Shown piece after piece: positions 30,403-38,123 of a stretch of 63,751 bases of DNA. Numbering within the stretch: position 1 is the first letter of the stretch; the number at the start of each line of letters is the position of its first letter. The notes under the pieces are model-generated. The model ran no database searches, had not been told where the DNA came from, and saw only the letters and a program-made list of their open reading frames with translations. This stretch comes from Candidatus Uhrbacteria bacterium RIFOXYB12_FULL_58_10 (GTDB taxonomy: Bacteria > Patescibacteriota > Patescibacteriia > UBA9934 > GWF2-40-263), in assembly GCA_001791645.1 (NCBI GenBank), contig MGFA01000016.1:71548-135298 (forward strand), given 5' to 3'. The position numbers and the translations under genes were made by a program.

Positions 30403-32073
30403 TTAAGCCATTTGTCCAACCCGACGTGCCAATTGTTCCCAGGATTGCCTGCGAGTTTTTTTATCCGTCAGTAGCTCACGCAATTTTTCGCCCCCAAGCA
30501 TCGTCGGAATGATGACGAACGTCGCTCCAGCGGCATAACACTTCGCGGCTTCTTCTGGCAGCCGCGCGGACACGATCACCGTCCCTTTGAACTTCTTGGA
30601 GCGCAAATACCCTAAAATTTCCAGGCTGACGCTCACTTCCGGAATGGTAGATACGATGAAGGTCGCGCGCTCGACGCCAATCTCCTCCAAAAAATTCTCA
30701 TCGCTTACGTCGCCGTACAATGCGGGAACATTGGTCGCAACCAGATTTCGAATCACGGTCGGATCAAAATCTACCACCACGAATGGCTGCCGGATGTCCT
30801 CGAACGCGCGAAGGGCCGCCAAGCCAATATGATGAAGACCAAACAAAAACATCTTGGCGGGCACGCGTTCCCGCGGACGTTCCTGCGCCAACATTCGCTT
30901 CGGTTCAAGAAAACGGAAAAACGGCCGACAGATTTCGTAAATCTGATCGTTGTGGTGAATGACGAACGATGACACGCCAATCGTAATCACGCCGACGGCG
31001 GTCGCGATGGTCAACACGGTTTCGTCCAGGTGGCCAAGCGCGATCCCGGCGGCAAGCACAATAAATGAAAACTCGGAAATCTGCGCGACCGTGGTCCCAG
31101 ACAAAAATCCGGTACGCGGATGATACCCGAGCGCACGCATCACAAGCATGGCCAGAATCGGGTTGCCAACCAGCACGTACGCGGAAAACACGATCGTCGG
31201 GACGATGACGGTTCCAATCGAGGCCATGCTAAGCCGCGTGCCGAGAACGACGAAAAATATGAGAAGAAAAAAGTCACGCAGCGACCGAATGCGCGCGTTG
31301 ATCTCACGCTCGAAAATCGTCCCGGAAAGCGTGATGCCCGCCACCAGCGCCCCCATCTCCACGCCGAACCCGAGCCAATACAGCAGCCCAGCGACAAGAA
31401 AGCACCACCCAATGGAAAAGACGAACAAAAGCTCCTGCGACTTTGCGGCGTATGCCACGAGTCGCGGCGTCACATACGTTGAAACGATCCAGAACAAGGG
31501 AATGAGCAGCGCAATCTTTACGAGGGTCTGCGTCACCACGTTCGGGACGCTCGCGCCCGTTCCAAGCGCCCCAAGGCCAAGCAGGATGAACATGGCAATA
31601 AGATCCTGTACGAGCAGAAACCCGACGCTAATGCGGCCGTACAGCGTATCGAGCTCATCTTTGTCGTATAGTAGCTTGACGATGATGATCGTGCTTGAGA
31701 ATGAGAAGGCGACCGCGATATATAGGCTCGTCAGCGCGTCAAACCCAAGCATTTGCCCGATAGCGAACCCAATGAACGACGTAACGACTACCTGTCCGAC
31801 TCCGGTCGCGAGCGCGATGCCGCCCACGTCGCGAACGTTGCGCCAATTCAATCCAAGTCCGACGGTAAACAAAAGAAATGCGACCCCGATCTTTGACATC
31901 GCCTCGAAAATTTCCGGGCTGCGCGTCAGGGCAAACACGCTCGGTCCCACGAGAATCCCGGTCAGGATATACGCGATCACGAGCGGAAGCCGCAAACGCG
32001 AAATCACCATCGCGCTTGCGGCCGCGACGACGATGATGGCGCCGATCTCAAAAAACAATTCCTCCATGAGCAT
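30403..32073 (-). CDS. cation:proton antiporter (CPA2/Kef-like) with a C-terminal RCK/TrkA-N-like domain
   Basis: About 12 TM segments in the N-terminal 390 aa, then a soluble Rossmann-like domain (FLFGLHHIGLAALRAF...VVVDFD). Confidence 0.85.
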   Translation of the reverse strand: MLMEELFFEIGAIIVVAAASAMVISRLRLPLVIAYILTGILVGPSVFALTRSPEIFEAMSKIGVAFLLFTVGLGLNWRNVRDVGGIALATGVGQVVVTSFIGFAIGQMLGFDALTSLYIAVAFSFSSTIIIVKLLYDKDELDTLYGRISVGFLLVQDLIAMFILLGLGALGTGASVPNVVTQTLVKIALLIPLFWIVSTYVTPRLVAYAAKSQELLFVFSIGWCFLVAGLLYWLGFGVEMGALVAGITLSGTIFEREINARIRSLRDFFLLIFFVVLGTRLSMASIGTVIVPTIVFSAYVLVGNPILAMLVMRALGYHPRTGFLSGTTVAQISEFSFIVLAAGIALGHLDETVLTIATAVGVITIGVSSFVIHHNDQIYEICRPFFRFLEPKRMLAQERPRERVPAKMFLFGLHHIGLAALRAFEDIRQPFVVVDFDPTVIRNLVATNVPALYGDVSDENFLEEIGVERATFIVSTIPEVSVSLEILGYLRSKKFKGTVIVSARLPEEAAKCYAAGATFVIIPTMLGGEKLRELLTDKKTRRQSWEQLARRVGQMA

Positions 32074-32131
32074 GACGAAATTATATCATAGGTTGTAAAA
32101 AAACGAAGGAAGGCTGTAGGATGTGGATACT

Positions 32132-32752
32132 ATGTTTACAGGCATTGTCAAAGGACTCGGAACGGTCGTGTCCGTCGAAGACCGGACCGGACTACGCACG
32201 TTCATGGTGGAATTCCCTTCCGAATATGCGGCGGGTCTACAAATTGGCGCGTCCGTCGCGATCGACGGGACATGCCTGACCGCGACCATTGTCGATGGCA
32301 ACAGGGCGACGTTCGACGCCATGCAGGAAACGCTCGACAAAACCACCATCGGCCGTATCCATGAGGGATCGCGCGTGAACGTCGAACGGTCGTATTGCGT
32401 CGGCGATGAGGTGGGCGGACACATCGTGTCCGGCCATGTGACGGGCATGGGAGAAATTCTCTCGGTTGACACGTCCGAAAACAACTGCGCCATCACCTTC
32501 CGCGTGCCAACGGAATGGATGAAATACATCTTAAAAAAAGGCTTCGTCGCGCTCGACGGCTGTTCGCTCACAGTCGTTGACGCGCATTCCAATGCCGGCA
32601 CGTTCACGGTATGGCTTATCCCGGAAACGCTTACCATGACAACCTTTGGCCTCAAGAAGCCGGGCGACAAGGTCAACGTGGAAATCGACTCGAAGACCCA
32701 GGCGATCGTCGATACGGTCGAAACGTACCTACGCGAGCATTCGGTCAGTTGA
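32132..32752 (+). CDS. ribE: riboflavin synthase alpha chain
   Basis: MFTGIVKGLGTVVSVE... plus the duplicated Lum_binding pattern (second half GGHIVSGHVTGMGEI). The ORF opens at a GTG at 32123; the ATG at 32132 gives the canonical MFTGIV start. Confidence 0.92.
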   Translation: MFTGIVKGLGTVVSVEDRTGLRTFMVEFPSEYAAGLQIGASVAIDGTCLTATIVDGNRATFDAMQETLDKTTIGRIHEGSRVNVERSYCVGDEVGGHIVSGHVTGMGEILSVDTSENNCAITFRVPTEWMKYILKKGFVALDGCSLTVVDAHSNAGTFTVWLIPETLTMTTFGLKKPGDKVNVEIDSKTQAIVDTVETYLREHSVS

Positions 32753-34265
32753 TTATCACGAGCAACGCGCTCATGCCTGGCAGGTCAAACGCGCTTCCAG
32801 AAATTGGAGCGCCTTTTGTTCCGTCACGGGTATCGTCAACCAGATACGCCGTGCCATTGTCAAATTCAGCGGAAAGAACTGCGTTCGATTCTGACGTGTT
32901 CGCGAATAGCATCGCGGATCCCTCATTTTTCGAGCTCGCGCTAAGAGCCCAAATCCCGGAGATGCCCGTTTCACTCGGAGTCAGGACGGATTCCAGGTTT
33001 GCATACGAACGCGCGAGTCGTGTCCGAAGTTCAAACGCGAACGCAGACGGTTTCGGCGTTGCCTGTGCGTCGCCGTAAAATAACCCGACATTTCCGGAAC
33101 GGACTCCTTTGCCAGATGGAGAAGATTTTGGATCGCCTCCGCGATAATAATATGCGCGCGTGGTATCCGTTGATTGAAGCGCGATCCACGCTGCCGTTTG
33201 AAGAGCTGCTCCCTGCCCGCCGTTGTGCAATCGATCGGCCTCATTTGCTGTCAGTGACTTCATCTCGCCGTTCTCCATCTGGGTCGTTGCCAAACCATAC
33301 GCGTCACAAATGAGTTCCACGCCGTTGAAAAAGCCGGTGCCCGCCCATGGGACATCGGTAAATTCACCTGAACCGTCAAGCACGTCGCGCCATGCGGAAC
33401 CAACCGCGCCGTATTCTGCCGGATCAGAAGAAAACAAATGCCAGCCGATCCAATCGGGACGCACATGGCTGTGATAAAGTCCGTCCAAAAAGGTAAGGGC
33501 CGCGCTCGGCAGTCTCCCTTCCCCAACCGACACGGAAATGCCGGCTCCGAATCCTGGGCCGCCGACCTGCATGTCGGAATGCCTTGCCTTGATCTCCTGA
33601 TAAGCCTTGACGAAAAAGTCATTAAATTCAGCGGCCGTTCCATCCCAAAATTGCGTCCCGGGATATTCGGTCCAGATGTTCAAATACTCGCCAGACGTCG
33701 CATAACGATCGGCAACCTTATTTGCGGCGACAATCCAGTTTGCCACCTGTCTTGCATTTTGCGGCCCCTTGAAGTCATGGTGGGGATTCGCATTTTCCCA
33801 CTCTCCGCCCAATCGCAGAAAGAGGTCGAAGCCGCCATCGGAAATCGTTTGAACGAGGGCATCGCTTGCATCCCAATCGTAAAAGCGATCCTGCGTCGCA
33901 TCGCATCCTTCCCAAGATGGATACGTGGAACCGCCACAGTTAAATATCCCCTCGATATCCAGGCGGTCATCGAAATAATCGTTATTTCGAACGGACGTAA
34001 CGCCGATCTGTTGATACCGCTCGGTCAAATCCGGTGCTGGAGAATCAGTGGGCTGGGACGGCCCGGATATGATTCCGGCAAGGTCATAAACCTCAGAATG
34101 AGCGAGCGGAACGGAATTCACAAAATTGATAGATTCTGCCGAAGATACGTCTGGCAGGACTTCCGGCGCCTGCTGGGTTTGATTTGCCGCGAAGAAATGC
34201 CAAATCAGCAAAGATGCCGCGACGAAGCCGAGAACAGCAGGCAACAGCAAAAATTTTCTTGTCAT
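32745..34265 (-). CDS. membrane-anchored putative glycoside hydrolase (clan GH-A-like TIM barrel plus beta-sandwich)
   Basis: N-terminal signal anchor. YLNIWTEYPG resembles the W-N/T-E-P acid/base motif of GH-A enzymes. The family assignment is tentative. Confidence 0.5.
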   Translation of the reverse strand: MTRKFLLLPAVLGFVAASLLIWHFFAANQTQQAPEVLPDVSSAESINFVNSVPLAHSEVYDLAGIISGPSQPTDSPAPDLTERYQQIGVTSVRNNDYFDDRLDIEGIFNCGGSTYPSWEGCDATQDRFYDWDASDALVQTISDGGFDLFLRLGGEWENANPHHDFKGPQNARQVANWIVAANKVADRYATSGEYLNIWTEYPGTQFWDGTAAEFNDFFVKAYQEIKARHSDMQVGGPGFGAGISVSVGEGRLPSAALTFLDGLYHSHVRPDWIGWHLFSSDPAEYGAVGSAWRDVLDGSGEFTDVPWAGTGFFNGVELICDAYGLATTQMENGEMKSLTANEADRLHNGGQGAALQTAAWIALQSTDTTRAYYYRGGDPKSSPSGKGVRSGNVGLFYGDAQATPKPSAFAFELRTRLARSYANLESVLTPSETGISGIWALSASSKNEGSAMLFANTSESNAVLSAEFDNGTAYLVDDTRDGTKGAPISGSAFDLPGMSALLVIIN

Positions 34266-34312
34266 ATTGAATGGCTTATGTCATGGTACGTATATATTTA
34301 AGTCTATCACGT

Positions 34313-34711
34313 ATGCCCAACATCGCCATTGTTCTCGGTTCGTTTCACAAGAATGAGGCAGACGAAATGCTTGATGAGGCACGCAAAACCGCCGCTGAAA
34401 AAGGCCTGACGATTATCGAGGAAGTTTGGGTGCATGGCTCCATTGAAAAACCGCTCGCACTCAAGCGTCTTCTCCAGCGCGACGACGTGCAGGGCTGCGT
34501 GGCACTCGGCATCATCGAACGGGGTCAGACAAAGCATGGCCTTGTCATGGGCGAGGTGGTCTATGAGGCGATCATTCGCCTCATGCTGGAATTCATGAAG
34601 CCGATCGGCCTTGGAATCCTCGGGCCGGAAATTGACCCGGAACAAATCCAGCCGCGCGTGCGCCCGTATGCCCGCGAGGCCGTCGTTGCCACCGCACAGA
34701 TGCTCGCGTAA
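34313..34711 (+). CDS. ribH: 6,7-dimethyl-8-ribityllumazine synthase
   Basis: NIAIVLGSF..., VHGSIEKPLALKRL and VALGIIERGQTKHG follow the lumazine synthase pattern (VPG-x-x-E-x-P; LG-x-VIRG-x-T-x-H). Confidence 0.85.
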   Translation: MPNIAIVLGSFHKNEADEMLDEARKTAAEKGLTIIEEVWVHGSIEKPLALKRLLQRDDVQGCVALGIIERGQTKHGLVMGEVVYEAIIRLMLEFMKPIGLGILGPEIDPEQIQPRVRPYAREAVVATAQMLA

Positions 34712-34758
34712 TTGACGCGAGCTTTTTCGACTGTTAGTGTTTGCCGTGGAGGTATGCC

Positions 34759-35682
34759 ATGTCCGACCGACTGCGCAAACTCAGGGAACGCGTGGACGCC
34801 AACCAGCGAGTGAAGACGGATGAAGCCCGTGTCGCGTGGTTAAACCGCGCGAGCTTCGAAACCGACGGGCTCCTCGGTCCCGACGAGTGGATCGAAACCC
34901 TCAACGCGATCTCCCAACGCCTGGCAAGCCGCGCGCGCATCAGCATCGTAAGCGCCTGGTTCCGCGCCGCGGGTGAGCTCGCCGAGTCAGTCCCGGATCC
35001 ACAGGACCGCCTGTACGGCATCACCCTCTCCGTCCACGCCCGGAACGTAGGCCTGCGTTACGAGGACGCGCGGACGTTCGCGGAGCTGTTCCAACGGTAT
35101 GCGGAACTGTGGGAGCAGATGGACCGCGTTCAAACCGACGACCCCGCGGAAGAGGCGTGCCAATTCTACGAGTTCGTCACCAACCAGCTGCTCAACGTGG
35201 AGACCGCGCTCGAACATCCGCTCGACAACGATGAGGTCGTCGATTGCGAGATGCTCGCGGATCCCTCGGTCGTGGTGAATGCCGCGTACGTGTTCTATTG
35301 TCTGCTCGACGCGCTTCGGCAAGAAGCGGACGAAGATGGGGGCGAGGTTGACGAAGACCTGGTCTCCGATTGCATCGTCCGGGGAGGCCATTTCCTCTGG
35401 GCCGCGTTCCATGCAAAGCGGTGCGGCGTGGACACGGAAGAGCTCGCGTCCTTCGTGGTATCGTTCGACGACTGGTTCGTGATGATGGACGAGCTGGTTG
35501 GCCGGCAGGCGCTCGCGCCGGACGTACTCGCGGCCATGCGCGACTGCGAGGCGGGAAACGACATGCTCTCCGAGGATGGCCCAGAGCTCGTTGCCATGTG
35601 GCGAAATGAGGGGCTTGCGTCCATTCTCCCTCTCACGGAATACCTGACCCAAACCCTGACGGCGGTTGAGCAGAATGCTTGA
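34759..35682 (+). CDS. hypothetical acidic all-helical protein
   Basis: ATG at 34759 with GGAGG 7 nt upstream. 307 aa, Asp/Glu-rich, with no recognisable motif. Confidence 0.6.
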   Translation: MSDRLRKLRERVDANQRVKTDEARVAWLNRASFETDGLLGPDEWIETLNAISQRLASRARISIVSAWFRAAGELAESVPDPQDRLYGITLSVHARNVGLRYEDARTFAELFQRYAELWEQMDRVQTDDPAEEACQFYEFVTNQLLNVETALEHPLDNDEVVDCEMLADPSVVVNAAYVFYCLLDALRQEADEDGGEVDEDLVSDCIVRGGHFLWAAFHAKRCGVDTEELASFVVSFDDWFVMMDELVGRQALAPDVLAAMRDCEAGNDMLSEDGPELVAMWRNEGLASILPLTEYLTQTLTAVEQNA

Positions 35683-35727
35683 CCCTCGTTCTTTTTTTTG
35701 TCATACTGGGCGCTTCGTTCTTTTCCA

Positions 35728-35756
35728 TTGACGCGATTTTCTACAAAGCTTACTAT
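35728..35756 (+). promoter_or_regulatory. sigma70-like promoter upstream of the radical-SAM pair
   Basis: TTGACG (35728-35733), a 17-nt spacer, then TACTAT (35751-35756). Confidence 0.45.
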
Positions 35757-35819
35757 GTGTTTATAAGACACTAAGTAGTGCCTTGCGCTCCATCACAATC
35801 GAATCGATCGGAGAACATC

Positions 35820-37262
35820 ATGTCTGAACGCACCGCCCGTTCCTGGCCGTCTCCGGTTCAAGCCGACGTCATTCGCTACGACCCAGCGATTGTATTCGCG
35901 GCCGGGCTTTGCAGTCACCACATCTCCAACACGGCCTACCCCATCGCGCATGGCTCCACCTGGGGGCCGTATCGCGTCCGGCCCGACCGACACGAAGAGA
36001 CCGTCCATGGCGCCTGGAGCGGTATCACGGATCTGTGCCTCTACGCGCACATCCCGTTCTGCGAAACCCGATGCGCATTCTGCGAATATACCGTGGTCGG
36101 TCGCGATGAGCTGTCGGAAACGAACGCGTACATGAGCGCGCTTTTCCGTGAGCTCGACCTGTACGGAGACATCGTGAGCGGTCACGACCATCTCGTACAC
36201 GGCTTTGACATCGGCGGAGGCACGCCGTCGTTCGTTCCCGCCGAGCAGATCGCCCGGCTGGTAGAGACGGTGCGCGCACGCTATGTTTTTGCGGCCGGAG
36301 CGGACATCAGCATCGAAACCACCCCGAAGATCGCCGCGGCCGAGCCCGACAAGATCGCGGCGTACCGACGCATGGGCATCGACCGGATCAGCATGGGCAT
36401 CCAGGTCATTCAGCCCGACCTGCTCATGGCCCTCAATCGATCCGCAAACGGAATCGAACGGCATCGGGTTGCCGTTGACAACATCCGCGCGGCCGGATTC
36501 CAGCGCCTCAACGTCGACCTCATGTACGGATTCGCCGGCCAGTCGCTTGAAAGCTGGCGGGCAACGCTCGCACATGCCATCGACCTCAGTCCGGAGTACA
36601 TCACCCTGTACCGGATGCGCTACAAGCTGACGCGCATCTCCCACCAGGCGCAAGGCGTGATCCTTGAAGACGTGCGGTCGCTCATGCGACTGGCCAAGGC
36701 CATGCTTTCGGACGCTGGCTATCAGGCCAACCACGGAAAAACCACCTACAGCCGCATCCCGGGCGACGTGGGGACTAGCTCATATCTGGCACGGCGTGTC
36801 ATCGACGGTATGCCGTACCTCGGGCTTGGACTGGGCGCGCAGACCTCCACGCATACCACAATCTCCTACAATGCCGGCTCCGCGGGCAAGAATCTTGCGC
36901 CTTACCTGAGCGCGGTCGCCAAAGGCCGGCTTCCGCTCCAGGATCTCTATGACCTCCCTGCGCGGCAGATGATGGGAAAGATGTGCGCGGTCAGCTTCTA
37001 CTTCGGAGAAATCAACCGCGAGGCATTTCGGGCCAAGTTCGGCATCCAGCTGGAAGAAGCATACGGTCCGGAGATCGAATTCGTCCTCGAGAACGGCCTC
37101 ATGGCGTACACGCCTCACGCCCTGAGCTTGACGCATGAGGGAGTCGCACAGGTCAACGGGATCATTGCCCTGTTCTTTGCCCCCAGCATCCAGCGGCACC
37201 TAATCGACCGCGACGCGGACTGCATGAGGACACGGACCACAGCCATCGCGCTGTCGACATGA
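35820..37262 (+). CDS. HemN/HemW-like (class C) radical SAM protein with an N-terminal extension
   Basis: YAHIPFCETRCAFCEY (CX3CX2C), FDIGGGTPSF, and a HemN_C-like C-terminal domain. ATG at 35820 with GGAGA upstream. Confidence 0.85.
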   Translation: MSERTARSWPSPVQADVIRYDPAIVFAAGLCSHHISNTAYPIAHGSTWGPYRVRPDRHEETVHGAWSGITDLCLYAHIPFCETRCAFCEYTVVGRDELSETNAYMSALFRELDLYGDIVSGHDHLVHGFDIGGGTPSFVPAEQIARLVETVRARYVFAAGADISIETTPKIAAAEPDKIAAYRRMGIDRISMGIQVIQPDLLMALNRSANGIERHRVAVDNIRAAGFQRLNVDLMYGFAGQSLESWRATLAHAIDLSPEYITLYRMRYKLTRISHQAQGVILEDVRSLMRLAKAMLSDAGYQANHGKTTYSRIPGDVGTSSYLARRVIDGMPYLGLGLGAQTSTHTTISYNAGSAGKNLAPYLSAVAKGRLPLQDLYDLPARQMMGKMCAVSFYFGEINREAFRAKFGIQLEEAYGPEIEFVLENGLMAYTPHALSLTHEGVAQVNGIIALFFAPSIQRHLIDRDADCMRTRTTAIALST

Positions 37263-37280
37263 TGGCAAGGGAGAGGATAC

Positions 37281-38030
37281 ATGTATGACTTCGCGAATGT
37301 CCTGTTCGCGGGCCCGTGCAATCGCGCGTGCCCCTGGTGCATTGGAAAGCTAATTCCAATGCACGTAAACCAAGACAATCTGGGCGTATTCCCTCCGCGC
37401 GGAATCGACGCGTTCGTCGACGCGGCGAATGAACATTGCGTCCGCCAAATCGTGTTCACGGGAACGACCACGGATCCACAGCTCTACCAACACGAGGCAA
37501 AGCTCCTGGCACTCCTGCGGGAACGCCTTCATGCGGACGCGCGGTTTTCGATCCACACCAATGGGGTTCTCGCTCTGCGAAAAATCAAGGTCCTGAACCT
37601 CTACGATCGAGCGTGCATTTCGTTTCCATCGTTCCATCCAGATACGTACGCGAAAATGATGGGATCCAGACGCGTTCCCGACCTGGCGCGTATCATCCGC
37701 GAGGCGCGGATTCCAGTGAAGGTATCCTGTGTCCTAAACGAGCACAACGTTTCTGAGCTCGGCGACTTCGCGGCAGACTGCCACCGCATCGGCGTGAGAC
37801 GACTGGTGCTCCGGAGGCTGTATGGTGAGACACGAGACTGGGCGCTTCCTCAGGACTGGCCCGTGATTGGGTCATTCAAGGGGAATTCCGTCATGGACTA
37901 CCATGGCATGGAGATCACCTACTGGAACTTCGAGGGGAGCCGATGCATGAGTCTCAACCTCTTTCCCGACGGAACACTTGGCACGTCTTATCTCCTCGTC
38001 AAGACGCCCGAATTCACTCTCACGACCTGA
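37281..38030 (+). CDS. small radical SAM protein (249 aa, no SPASM-type Cys cluster)
   Basis: LFAGPCNRACPWCIG (CX3CX2C) at residues 9-23. GGGAGAGG lies upstream of the ATG, which is 18 nt after the preceding stop. Confidence 0.78.
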   Translation: MYDFANVLFAGPCNRACPWCIGKLIPMHVNQDNLGVFPPRGIDAFVDAANEHCVRQIVFTGTTTDPQLYQHEAKLLALLRERLHADARFSIHTNGVLALRKIKVLNLYDRACISFPSFHPDTYAKMMGSRRVPDLARIIREARIPVKVSCVLNEHNVSELGDFAADCHRIGVRRLVLRRLYGETRDWALPQDWPVIGSFKGNSVMDYHGMEITYWNFEGSRCMSLNLFPDGTLGTSYLLVKTPEFTLTT

Positions 38031-38060
38031 ACCACACCGCGTGCGTTCAGGTTTTTTAAT

Positions 38061-38090
38061 CCAAACGCCGCCCGAGTGGGCGGCGTTTGG
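38061..38090. terminator. 13-bp perfect hairpin between convergent genes
   Basis: CCAAACGCCGCCC-GAGT-GGGCGGCGTTTGG. The T-run lies on the 5' side (+ strand), so the polarity is atypical for an intrinsic terminator. Confidence 0.45.
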
Positions 38091-38123
38091 TTCGAACCTT
38101 CTGTCATTCGCCGTTTATCCGTT

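Noticed and set aside
32074-32131. Possible FMN riboswitch upstream of ribE (and 34266-34312 upstream of ribH)
   Set aside because: The leaders are only about 58 nt and 47 nt, too short for the FMN aptamer, and no conserved aptamer motifs are visible.
38088-38100. tRNA T-loop-like GGTTCGAACC at 38088 and AAGGTTCGAA at 41063, considered as displaced tRNA fragments or att repeats flanking the surface-protein gene
   Set aside because: Only about 7-10 nt match, around the palindromic TTCGAA core, and similarity to the tRNA-Glu 3' half does not extend beyond it. This is compatible with chance.
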